From Felis catus (Eukaryota), in NCBI RefSeq assembly GCF_018350175.1, contig NC_058383.1, positions 28,584,001 to 28,648,000 of the forward strand: a stretch of 64,000 nt of DNA. Reading direction: 5' to 3'. A program made the translations under genes and the position numbers. The notes beneath the pieces were generated by a model that did not search any database, was not told the origin of the DNA, and saw only the letters and a list, made by a program, of their open reading frames with translations. Positions 48,838-60,160 of the stretch are shown here, piece after piece. Every line of letters begins with the position of its first letter. Positions within the stretch are counted from its first letter, which is position 1.

Positions 48838-50749
48838 ATCCATCTACCCAGTTTCTAGCATAGAAATCTGTCCTCTTCCCGAGCAGCAATTGAGCGCCCG
48901 TCCTTTGCCTCGGGCTTCCATTACCATCCCCCAGCCCCCCCACCCCCCCCAGCCCCCGCTTCTACGCCGTCTGTGACCAAGCCATCAGGTTGTCAGGCGC
49001 CACCTCCCTCCTGAGTTTTATCTCCGTCGCGGCTTTGTTTCCCGACCCCTCCCTTTGGAGGGACTGCGGCTCAGACCCACTTGGATCCTCTCCGGGAGGG
49101 TCTCCCCAGCAATGGCCGGTGGCGGCCTCACCCGGGAACGTTTGCGGGACCGCTGCTGCTGCCGAAGCCCAGAGACCTCGGCCGGGCGCCAGCCCGCCCC
49201 AGAGAAAGTTCACGCAGTCGCGTAGCAGCAGCGTTTCAGGGATCATGGAAAATCACAACACGCATCTGGCCCCAGTCTTCGCCCTTAACGACCTTGTTCC
49301 ACCACCAGCGAATGTGGTTGTTCTCCGGGGTCTGCTGGGCCCGGGTGGCCACACAGCCTCGACCAGATGTCCTCCCAGCAGGGAAACCGCCTCTCCCCAT
49401 GTGGCCTGAGGATAACCGGACTTCACTCCGCACCTGGGGATCCTCCCTTCTCACCAGAGCCCCTCCAGGTAAGGAGCTGTGGAGTTTCAGACTCTGCCCT
49501 CCCCTGTTTGTAGAGTCTTAATAGAATTTCAACCCTCTCCTTTCTCCCTTTTAGTTCAGTCCCTGAGGCTGTTTCCGCTTTTCCATTTTCTCTCCAGCTG
49601 CTGTTGGGGGGGGGGGTCTTTTCCCAAACTCTCCCCCGTCTCCTCTCTCCACAAGCAAAAACAGCTCCCTGATCTCCACAGCTTCTCTCTCCCCCAGTTC
49701 ACCTCTCTGCACTGCATACCTGCTGAATTCTGTGGTTCAGGTTGTGTAGATTGTTGTGTTAATCCTCAGATCACTTTTCTAGGTGTGCAGGATGGTTTAG
49801 TGTTGATCTGGCTGTATTTCATGGATGCGAGACACAAAAAAACTTCCATGCTGTTTGCCATCTTGGCTCCTCTCCCAGCCCCCTATCTTGATTACTTAGG
49901 GGGGGTTTTCAAGTTGGGTTTTTTGGGGGGTGCTATTTTAGCTACTATTGGATGCACATGGATTCACATAAGGCTTTTTCTTCATGTTGGATTTTTTGGA
50001 GTGGGGGCCATGGATTCTCAGATGTGGTACCACGGAGTAGAAAGTACTAGACATGACTACGGCCATTGAGACCTATTTTCAGATCACTCCCCCGTATGGT
50101 GTGGAGGGGCTGCACCTTCATTCTGCAGGTGTTTGTCGAGCATTTATTTCCCATGCCCACCAGTGTCGTGGGCTCCAATCATGCAGCAGCCTCCTCTGCC
50201 CCCATGAGCCGAATTTAGGTGACAGAGGGTGACCACATATCTACTAGAATGTCACATGCTCTGAAGAAGAGTAAAGAGAGGGGCCGGAGGCTGGGCGGCC
50301 AATTTGAACACATCATCCTACTACCCCAGGATGAGAGAGAGGGGAGCGTTCGTGTTCTCGAAAGACTCGACTGAATCCACACAGCAAGTGTCAGTGGGTC
50401 CACTGATCTTTCTGCCTCTTTGCGTGGGTCCCCTGCCACTATTCAGAAGGGCCATCCACACACCAGCTTGGGTCTCCCTGCCCTTTGCCTGTCGAGAATC
50501 GCCCGTCTTACCCCTTCCAATCCCAGCTCCTGGCTTTCGGGACAAGCCGCAGGATCACGTCCCTGTTGCCAGAGGCCCTCCAAGCATTTGTCAGGCCCTG
50601 CCCTACAATGTCCTAGCAGGTGGCAGCTGCCTCGAGTGAGCGTGGGGGCTCGCCAGAAGGGCACAGCCTGTTCCCATGGGCTCCTATCGGTGATTGTTCA
50701 ACTGGAGGCACTCCAGAATCCATCTCCACATCAGCTGCAGAGATCAGGC

Positions 50750-50965
50750 TGTATCAGCAGCTCTGATGAGGATGCTTTTGGTCCCCAGGGATATTAGGCA
50801 ACGTCTGGAGATGTGATGGGTGTGACAACTGGGTGTGTGTGGTGACTGCCGCTGGCATCTACTGGGTAGAGTCCAGGGATGTTGCTAAACATCCCACAGG
50901 GCACAGGACAGCGTCTCAGTGGAGAATTCTCCAGTCCAAAGTGTCAGTCACGTTCACATTTAAAT
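50750..50965 (+). mobile_element. MER20-like MITE
   Basis: ggcaacgtctggaga...ctggcatctactgggtagag...gatgttgctaaacatcc. Confidence 0.7.
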
Positions 50966-51145
50966 ATCTTGGGTTATAACCACAGAACTGAGACGGGCTC
51001 TGGACTGATCGTTTTTGAGAGATGAAAGAAAGGCAGAGAGAGGAACAAAAGAGGGACAGACGTGGTCAGAAGCCAGAGCACTGGCATCAAAATTGCTCTA
51101 GCTCAAAGAGGCCGTGCACCAGCGACTTAACCTCTCTGTCCTCAC

Positions 51146-51206
51146 TTTTTATTTTTTTAAGTTTATTTATTTATTTTGAGAGAGATCATGAGTGAGCAGG
51201 GGAGGA

Positions 51207-51263
<57 letters not shown>

Positions 51264-52788
51264 CCCAAACAGGATCCACTCGCTGTCGGCACAGAGCATG
51301 ACGTAGGTCTCCAACAAACCGGGAGATCATGACCTGAGCCGAAATCAAGAGTCTCCGGGACGCTTAGCCTACGGAACCACCCAGATGCCCCTCACTCTCC
51401 TCATTTTCAAAACGGGTATAATAACAGTCCTGCTTCCCAAGATTATTCTGCATGTCAAGTGCCGAGCACATGCCTGGGACACACAGAGTAAAATGCTCAA
51501 TCATTGGTATCTATTATAATTATTAGCTATGACAAAGAAGCAGACAGAAAAAGAGGGAAAATTATGTTGGGGAAATATCTGACAAAGGCAGCTAACGTGT
51601 CTCACCTTGAAAAATAATAATAATCTTTATTGGTTGTACTCTTCTATGTACAAAAGTTTTTTAAGTTTATTTATTTATTTTGGGAGAGAGAGAGCATGAG
51701 CACAGGAGAGGCAGAGAGAGAGGATCCCAAGAAGACTCCGCACGGTCAGTGCAGAGCCCAATGTGAGGCTCGAACTCACGAGCTGTGAGATCATGACCTG
51801 AGCTGAAATCAAGAGTCAGATGCTTAACCAACTGAGGCATCCAGGCGCCCCTCTATGAAAGTTTTAAAATGAATTCTGTTCTGCTTATAGAGCAGAATTG
51901 GGAAATACAAACGAGTACCAAGAAGGAACCTAAAATTACACATAACCTTGACCTCCTGTGCACCCAGCGGCCATTGTTCCACTCTGAGTATCTCCTCGTA
52001 GCTCATGCCAGTCCTTTTCCTTTCTGTAACCCACGTGTTACAGAACACTTGCCCTGGGAGGCCTCAGCCCTCGTTCTCTGTCCTCAAAACTGCGACTGCA
52101 TCTTCAAATCCACCACCATCAACAGGTAAGGTGGAATTCTCGTGAAGGTCTCATGGGGAGCCACGCTGCAGATCATCATTATTAGGCAGCGCTATGGTTC
52201 TCCTCATGTTTCTCTCGTTACCAGCTTCTGTCTCTTCTCTTTCTCTCCCTTCCTCTTCCATCCACCTTACAGCCAAAGGAGGAGGCCCTCCCCACCCCAG
52301 CCCCATCGCAAACAATTCAGCTCTGGTCTTCAACTTACAACCCCCTGTTGGCAAAACCCAAAGCCTGGTGGTTCCTTGAACATCCCACCAGGAAAGGAGC
52401 TTGTACCCTCACCCCCCTCCCCAAGCTGTCTGTCAGACTATTCACCTAAATAAAAATCAAGTCTTTCTCTGGAAGATGGAGGGATGGGTTCTACCATTAA
52501 AGGAAACAAAAGGTCAACATTTATTGAGCATTTACTATGTGCCAGGCACTGTCCTCAGCATTTTCTTTTTTTAAATTTTTTTAATGTTTGTTTATTTTTG
52601 AGAGAGACACACACACACAGAGCATGAGTGGGGAAGGGGCAGAGATCAAGGGAGACACAGAATCTGAAACAGACTCCAGGCTCTGAGCTGTCAGCGCAGA
52701 GCCTGATGTGGGGCTCGAACTCATGATGCAAGAGATCATGACCTGAGCTGAAGTCGGATGCTTAACCAGCCGAGCCACCTAGGCGCCC
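51146..52788 (-). mobile_element. Three separate Can-SINEs (51146-51391, 51657-51851, 52561-52788) among MIR relics
   Basis: Diagnostic sequence; the last has TSD tgtcctcagcatttt. Confidence 0.85.
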
Positions 52789-53119
52789 TGTCCTCAGCAT
52801 TTTTTGTGCATACGCTAATCTAAATTCTCACAACCGTCCCATGAGAGATGTGTTTTTATCTCCATTTCACAGAAGAAGAAATGGAAGTCAAGCAATGTGC
52901 CCAAAGGCCCACCCTGGAATGTGGCAGCTGAGGTTCAGCCTGAGCTTATGCTTTTGATGCCTTCGCCATGGTGTCCCTTCTCCATGTGGCTCCATGAGCT
53001 GCAGCCGACATGGTTCGTGGCCCATTGAACTGACCTTTGCTTTCCATCTTCCTCTCAGAGCCCTGATTTGTTCAGGAAGCAATGTCCTCAGCCCCCAAGG
53101 GAAGCCAGTTGACTTCGTA

Positions 53120-53488
53120 AGCTCAGGCTGATATAATAAAATGCCATGGATTGTGTGGTTTAAACAGAAAACGCTGATTTCTCACAGTTCTGAAGGGCTG
53201 GGAAGTCCAAGATCAAGAATTCAGCCATTCCATTCCTTGTGCGAGGGCCTCCTTCCTGGTTTGCAGGTGGCCACCTTCTTGCCATATCCTCACATGGTGG
53301 AGAAAGAGAGCATCTCTCTGGGGTCTCTAGTGTAAGGGCCCTAACCCCATTCATGGGGGTTCTACCCCCATGACCTAAGTACCTCCCAAAGGCTCCACCT
53401 ACAAGCACCATCACATTGGAGATTAGGGCTTCAACATACAAATTTCGTGGCAGGGTTTGATGGGGGAGGAAATTCAGTCCACATCAAC
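53120..53488 (-). mobile_element. MLT1A/MST-type MaLR LTR
   Basis: tctcacagttctgaagggctgggaagtccaagatcaag...acctcccaaaggctccacct...attagggcttcaacat. Confidence 0.75.
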
Positions 53489-53792
53489 AGGTATGGCAGT
53501 CCCGTTTGCCTTTGCTGGACATCTGCTTGTCTAGCTCCGTTGCAACTGGAGGTAGCCATGACACCTGCTCCGGGCCAATGAGATGGAAGAGGAAGTCTGC
53601 TTGGGAGGGCAGGCTCCTGGGAAGGATGATGTGAGTCCCGAGTTCTACCCCACTCCTAGTCCCAACGCACCAGCCATCTCACTGTGGTGAGAGTGGCAAG
53701 GGGAAGTCGAGGAAAGAGCCACCCTGCTGACTCTCAGACCAGCTGCATCTGGACTCCCTGTTCAGAAACTATTACATGTCCTTACAATTTAA

Positions 53793-53902
53793 AGAGTGAC
53801 CAACTGTTTTGGTTTGCCTGGAACTGTCCCAGTTTTAGTACTGAAATTCCGATTTCCCAGAAAACCCCTCAGTCCCAGGCAAACTAGGACCATTGGGCAC
53901 CT
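53793..53902. mobile_element. MER94-like hAT-Blackjack MITE (partly palindromic)
   Basis: gtgaccaactg...ggtttgcctggaactg / cagtcccaggcaaactagg...gggcacc inverted arms. Confidence 0.6.
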
Positions 53903-54654
53903 TCGATCTAAGACACTGTTAATCGAATGTTCTGTTGCTCGCAGCTGAACACATCTTCAGTGACACATGTGTGCGGATACGTGCGCTTTTAATAAAACAT
54001 ATGTATGTTCTGTTCATTGCAAGCATCATAGCGTGACGTATTTCAATGCCATTAAATAATACTGTTAAGAAAGCATTTCAGTGGTTCGTGCAAAGCATTT
54101 TTGAAGCTTGGCTGGAAGTTCTGAATAAGCCACAGCCCAGTTCTCTACGGGAATAGAGCTGAGCCCTGGAAATCAAACTCTGCTGCTGCCAGCTCCTTCC
54201 CAGAAAGAGAGAGAGAGAGAGGAATGGCACCTCCAAGAACCTGATTAATGCAACCGGGAAAAGAAGCCAGCCGTGTCATTCTGCATCCCAGTTTTTCATG
54301 CTGGAACGATGGAGGAAATTGGTCATTTTACCAGCTCTGGGTGGGGAGAGGTGACCACGCTCTGTCAGAATAATAGTGCGGCTGCTTTACAAAATATCTT
54401 TGAAAATGACATGGTCTGGAGCCTAATGGGAACCTACCAGAGACCACAGTGTGAAGGTAGACCACAGTGTGAAAGGAAAGGGTTGACTTTTAAAAACAAC
54501 ATTTATCTGGCTCCTTCTTTTATAAATTACGGATGTAGTGGTGTTGTTGGGATGGGTGAGAAGTAACATCCACCCAGAGATGAGGCCCTGGGTTTAGGGG
54601 AAGGAGCCTGGACCCCAGCCTAAGACCCACTGTCAACCTCTTCGACGGCTAAAA

Positions 54655-55890
54655 GAAAAAAATCTGTTTTTCTATACACTCTACACTTCTGATACCAAAT
54701 GCGTGCAATTTTTTCCACACCGAGCAATTCTCCAATTCTTGGTGGACCTCCAATTCTTGGTGGACCACTGTAGGTGGCTGTCCTACAGTTTAACTAAATT
54801 CTGATACTCACTGTCTGGGGTTAGAACAGACCCCAAGGTTAAGGGCTTAAGTCCCACAAGACCACCCCGGCTTCAGATGCCATTCACAAGCCCAGGTTAC
54901 CTGTACCTCTGACTAACTGGCCATACGTCAGGGGTTCCCGTGACCCCCCTCCTCAAGCTCAATACTTTGCTAGAACTGCTTATAAAATTCAGAGAAACAT
55001 TTATTTACATTTTCTGGTTTATTATAAATGATATTATGAAGGATACAGATGAACAGCCTGATGAAGAGGAAACACAGAGCAAGGTATGGGGAAGGGGCCT
55101 GGGGCTTCTATGCCCTCTCTAGGCTCTCCAAACATCATACTTTATTTTTTTTTAAGTTTATGTACTTAGAGAGAGTGCATGCAAGTGGGGCAGGGTCAGA
55201 GAGAGAGGGAGAGAGAATCCATGCTGTCAGCGCGGAGCCAGATGAAGGGCTCAAAGTCACAAACCATAAGATCGTGACCTGAGTCAAAATCAAGAGTCAG
55301 ATGCTTAACCAACTGAGCCACGCAGGCATCCCAGTATGATCACTTCTTTAAAACAAATTTTTAAATTTTTTTTAAGTTTATTTATTTATTTTGAGAGAGA
55401 GACAGAGAGAGTGAGTGGGAGAAGGGCAGAGAGAGAGGGAGAGAGAATCCCAAGCAGGCTCTGCACTGTAAGCGCAGGGCCTGATGTGGGGTTTGAACTC
55501 ATGAACCATGAGATCACGACCTTAGCCAAAACCAAGAGTTGGAAGCTTAACCGACTGAGCCCCCCGGACGCCCCCAGTACGATCAATTCTTAAGTCAGCC
55601 TCCAGATCCTCTCCCTTAGTCTTTCTGGTGATCTGCCCCCATCCTGCCATCTAGGGGCCCCAGCCACCAGTCATCTTATTAGCATACAAGGAGACACTCT
55701 AATCACCCAGGAAATTACCAGGGTCTCATGTCAGGAACTTTGGTCAAAGACCAAATAGTAGAACAAAAGATACTCCTAGCATCTCCTATCCCTCAGGAAA
55801 GTATAAGAATTTCGGGAGCTTTGTGTCAGAAACTGGGGTTTGTGTCAGAAACTGGGGTCAAACCCCAGACATATTTCTTCTTATGCCACA
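54655..55890 (+). mobile_element. MER21-like LTR interrupted by two Can-SINEs (-, 55141-55332 and 55357-55575)
   Basis: cacttctgataccaaatg...tcctacagtttaactaaattctga...cccacaagaccaccc...cttattagcatacaa. Confidence 0.7.
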
Positions 55891-56509
55891 ATGACTTTGA
55901 GCAAGTGGTTCCTCCCCCAGGACCCCCAGGACCTGTGTTCCCTCATGTATGAAATGAGGGGATCCCTGGGGCCATGTCCTGCTAGCACATAGAGGAAATA
56001 ATGTGCTTAGACCCAGCCAGACCTGAGAATGTCCTCAGTTCCACGGTTCACTGACTGTACAACTTGGGCAGTGTGAGAAAAAAGCCACTGCCCCAGTCAG
56101 AGGAGGGACCTGGAGACTTGGAGCACAGTGAAGCGAGGCTTTAACATTCTTGCAAGAGCAGGTGTCGGATGGAAGACGCACTCGAGGTGGTTACAGCAGA
56201 CAACTTATCTCCTAACATCAAGTCCCTCTCCTGATTCCTTATTGGCTGAGTACTACAGAGGTGACAGCTTTATCTGGTTGTCACCTATGCCCGTGCAAGG
56301 CAAAAAGTAGTCTGATTGGAACAAATGATCCTTGAGGTGACAGAGACTTCGGTTCTTTGGCGCATGCTCATTGCAAAGCCCGTGAAACATACACCTGCGA
56401 AATGGAGAGGGGAAGAAGAACCAGGAAGTGAAATATCTATGGGTTTGGGGCTCCATTGTGCCAGGGGTGCGGTGGGGGGGGGGGTTGTAAACCTATTGTT
56501 TAATAAAAA

Positions 56510-57764
56510 TTTTTTAATGCTTATTCATTTTTGAGAGAGAGACAGAGAGAGAGAGAGACAGAATGCAAGTGGGGGAGGAGCAGAGAGAGAGACACACACA
56601 GAATCAGAAGCAGGCTCCAAGCTCTGAGCTGTCAGCACAGAGCCCAATGCAGGGCTCGAACTCATGAGCCTTGAGACTGTGACCTGGGCTGTTGTTAACC
56701 AGACAGCACGGCTTTTATTTGGTATATCTGAAAATGGATCATCTCCCTTACTTCTCACGGGCAGGTCCCTTCATTGCTCTGGGTCTCAGTGCCCTCACTG
56801 AGGAAAAGAACTGATACCTTCGTCTTGGGGTGGGTAGTAAGCTCACAGTGTGGGGCAGGCAGCCCTGTGCTTGGCACGCACCTCAGCATCCTGTTGGGGA
56901 TCCAGGGACCAATGAGGTACCTGCTGCAGGTTTAGGGGCGTCTTTGTGACGCATCACTGAAGAGCAAGCTGCCTGTTTGCTCCCCGTGGTTTGCTCACGG
57001 TCTGCGTGTTAACTGGCTTCTCCTTCGGTTGTAACCAGACCTTCATTCCTAGATGCGAACTTCTTTTCCCAAAAACATATCACCTCCCTGGAGCACAGAT
57101 TACTCTGCTCTCCTCCAGAGCTTTATACATTGTCTCTCTTTTAAGTCAAAGGCAATTACTAATCCTGAAAACTCATCAAGGTGAACTGTGTGTGGTCTGT
57201 GCCCTTTTCTGTGTGTATGTTACATGTGAATTTAAAATTTACCTGAGAGTCACCTGGGTGGCTCAGTCGGCTAAGCATCTGACTTCGGCACAGGTCATGA
57301 TCTCACGGTTTGTAGGTTCAAGCCCTACATTGGACTCTGTGCTGACAGCCCAGAGCCTGGAGCCTGGAGCCTGTTTTGGATTCCGTGTCTGTGTCTCTCT
57401 CTGTCTCTCCCCAACTCGTGTTCTGTCTCTGTCTCTCAAAAATAAATGCTAAAAAAAATTTTTTTTTTAATTTACCTGAAAAAATTACCAACAACATTGT
57501 TTAGTTTTATTGTAGCCCTGGAAGGATATTTCTGATCTTTTGTTACTATATAAATATGCTTTTATTTATTTTTATTTTTTAAATTTGTTTATTTATTTTG
57601 AGAGAGAGAGAGAGAGTGAGCAAGTGGAGGGGCAGAGAGAGAGAATCCCAGGCAGGCTCCCCACTAACAGCACAGAGCCCGATGCAGGGCTCGAACTCAT
57701 GAGCCATGAAATCTTGACCTGAGCCAAAGTCAGATGCTTAACCGACTGAGCCACTCAGGCTCCC
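56510..57764. mobile_element. Can-SINEs: - 56510-56700 (5' truncated), + 57246-57460, - 57560-57764
   Basis: Diagnostic sequence. Confidence 0.85.
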
Positions 57765-58481
57765 TGTGTTATATAAATGTGCTTTAAATACAGCCTCCCT
57801 GTAAAAATGGCAGACAGTATAGAAATAAAATTGTAGTTGTGTTTATTAATGACTTGGTGCTATATTGGTGCCAGGCTCTGGGCTAAGGATTTTACACAAA
57901 CCATCGCAATTAACCCTCATAGCAACCCGCTTAGGTGGGGACTATTATTATCAGCCTGGTGAAGATGTTAGGAACTTGCTCAAGGTGACAGAGTAAGTGA
58001 CAGGAACTTGAACTCAGGCAGCCTGATCTCTCCCCTGGGAATATGAAAGTTCCATCCCATATTGTGGTGTGAGCTCAAGGAAGACAGAGATCAGAGTAGT
58101 TGGTGGGGGATGGTTTTCTCAGCTTGAGGTGTCATAGAAGCACAGCCTTGATCTAAGGGAGAAGGGTACCAGGCATTCAGACAAACAGGGAAACTCACTC
58201 CATCACTTAACTGTAGAAAGAGGTGTGGTGACCTGAGTATGTGCCAGTGAAAAGTCCACCTGCATAGGACATATTGGTGGGTTCAGATTCTGAAGGACTA
58301 CCATGGGAGCCATCTTAGATTCTAGAGTGTTAGCATGGCACGACAATGTGTCTACGAAAGCCAGTTTGGTAGACACGGTGGCCCATGTGTATACATCAAG
58401 AAGAAAGAGCACTCTCACTCTGAACTTTCTGTTTAAGGTGCTCAGGAGACTTCGTGGAAGATGGGCTGGTTCATGAATCTT

Positions 58482-58828
58482 CAGCAGCATTGACAAGCTA
58501 CAGCCCACAGGCCAAATCCGGTCCAGTGTCCGCTTTGGTACGTCTCACAAGGTAAGAATGGTTTTTACATTTTTAAATAGTTAGAAGAACATTAAAAGAA
58601 GAATAAAATTTCCGGACACATGAAAATTATATGAAACTCAAAGATCAGTGTCTATAAATAATGTTTTACGGGAACACAGCCATGCTTGTCCATTCATGCG
58701 TTGTCAGCGGCTGCTGTCGCTATAATTGCAGGGCTGAGTAATTGGGACAGAGACTGTATTCTGTATGGCCCGCCGAAGTCTCAAAGTTTTCCTGGCTGGC
58801 TCTCTGTAGAGAATGTTGTGGGGTCCTG
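58482..58828. mobile_element. MER58B-like hAT-Charlie element
   Basis: ctacagcccacaggccaaatccgg...taagaatggtttttacatttttaaat...catgaaaattatatgaaa. Confidence 0.75.
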
Positions 58829-59510
58829 ATCTTCAGAAAGAACCAGGCGTTAATCAGAGTCTAATCCAGTTGCTGAGGCTGGAAGAGCCCTCACCTTATG
58901 CGGATGAAGAAACCAGTGCCCAGTGAGGGGAATACTGATCACTTATGCACTGACTTGCTGATTTGTCTAATAAATCAATCATCCAGAAGACATTTATTAA
59001 GAGCCTACTGTGCGCCAGGCTTCCTGACTCAATTTTCACTTCCACAAGGCACCACGAATCCAGGCCAGCCACCAAGGGTTCTCCTGCTTTCACTCAGAGT
59101 CCAGTCCGCTCTCTCCTCCGTGCTCCAGTGGGGAATTGGTCTGTGCCCAACACATAGACAGTTGGCCAACAGATTGCCTGCAGGCACCAGCTAATGCGAT
59201 CTGGCGGTTTCTACAACTGCACTTGTCCTGAGTGTCCTTTGTCTCTTTAAAGGAGATAGAAAGTTTTGCGATTTCATTTCTTATTTTGTGCTTATCCCTC
59301 AATCTCTTGCCAAGACAGAGCCTAGACTGAGACATGTAAGTTGTCCCCTGGATGGCTCAGCAAGCCAGGAATAGAAGAGGGGTTCTGGCTCTGGGTTTCC
59401 CTATTCCCAGCCCTGAGGCCCTCAGCTGAGTGACTCCCCAAGAATTAAAGACGTGGATGAAGATTAAGCTCCAAACTGGTGAGGGTGGGAGGGAAGAACA
59501 AGAAAGAGGA

Positions 59511-59730
59511 GGGGTGCCTGGATGGCTCATTCGATTAAGCGTCCAACTTTGGCTGAGGTCACGATCTCACAGTTCCTGGGTTCGGGCCCCGCGTCGGGCT
59601 CTGTGCTAACAGCTCAGAGCCTGGAGCCTGCTTTGGATTCTGGGTCTCCCTCTCTCTCTGTTCCTCCCCCACTCAGGCTCTGTTCTCTCTGTCTCTTGAA
59701 AATGAATAAATGTTTAAAAATTTTAAAAAA
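59511..59730 (+). mobile_element. Can-SINE
   Basis: Diagnostic sequence. Confidence 0.88.
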
Positions 59731-59971
59731 GGAGAAGAAAGAGGAGAAGGAGGGAGAGACGGAGGAAGGAGAAGAGAAGGGAAGAGAGAAAAGGAATCAC
59801 CATAAATGCCCAATAATAGCACATTAGTTCCATGTATAATTTTCTACCTCTACGAGGACCAATTCTATAACCATTACAAGTTATTGCCGGCCAGCCGGCA
59901 AGGTTTGCTAGAGAGGACGCCTTGAGAAAATACAGCCAACAGAGAATAGATGAGGTAAGACACTAAGGGGT

Positions 59972-60160
59972 TAGGGTTTCCAGATTTAGCAAGGAAAAAA
60001 GCACCCTATTACATTTGATTTTCAGATAAATATCGAACAGTTTTTAGTATAAGATGCCACCACGCAGTATTTGGAATTTACCTGCTCTAAAAAAAAATGA
60101 TCTGTTGCTTATCTGAAATTCAGGTCTACCTCGGTGTCTCGTGTTTTCTCTGGTTATCCC
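59972..60160. mobile_element. MER53-like palindromic MITE
   Basis: tagggtttccagatttagca...tttcagataaa / ttatctgaaattca...tctggttatccc. Confidence 0.6.

Larger units (their letters stand above)
43155..49876 (-). mobile_element. Near-full-length carnivore LINE-1, inactivated, intronic and sense to BMERB1
   Basis: 5' start GGGAGAGGAGCCAAGATGGC at ~49876, ~1.7 kb 5'UTR, ORF1 and ORF2 remnants, A-rich tail at ~43155; multiple frameshifts and stops. Confidence 0.95.

Noticed and set aside
54440..55860. Short perfect tandem duplications of 17-19 bp (~54440, ~54730, ~55820; also ~9208 and ~42395)
   Set aside because: Ordinary slippage or micro-duplication events with no shared motif.
58190..58900. 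Isolated - strand donor-like sites (gtgagt ~58195, gtgagg ~58889) as a possible upstream BMERB1 exon
   Set aside because: Translations do not match the expected upstream peptide (…EVLVRRESELRFM) and the acceptors are weak; the true exon is probably beyond the window.
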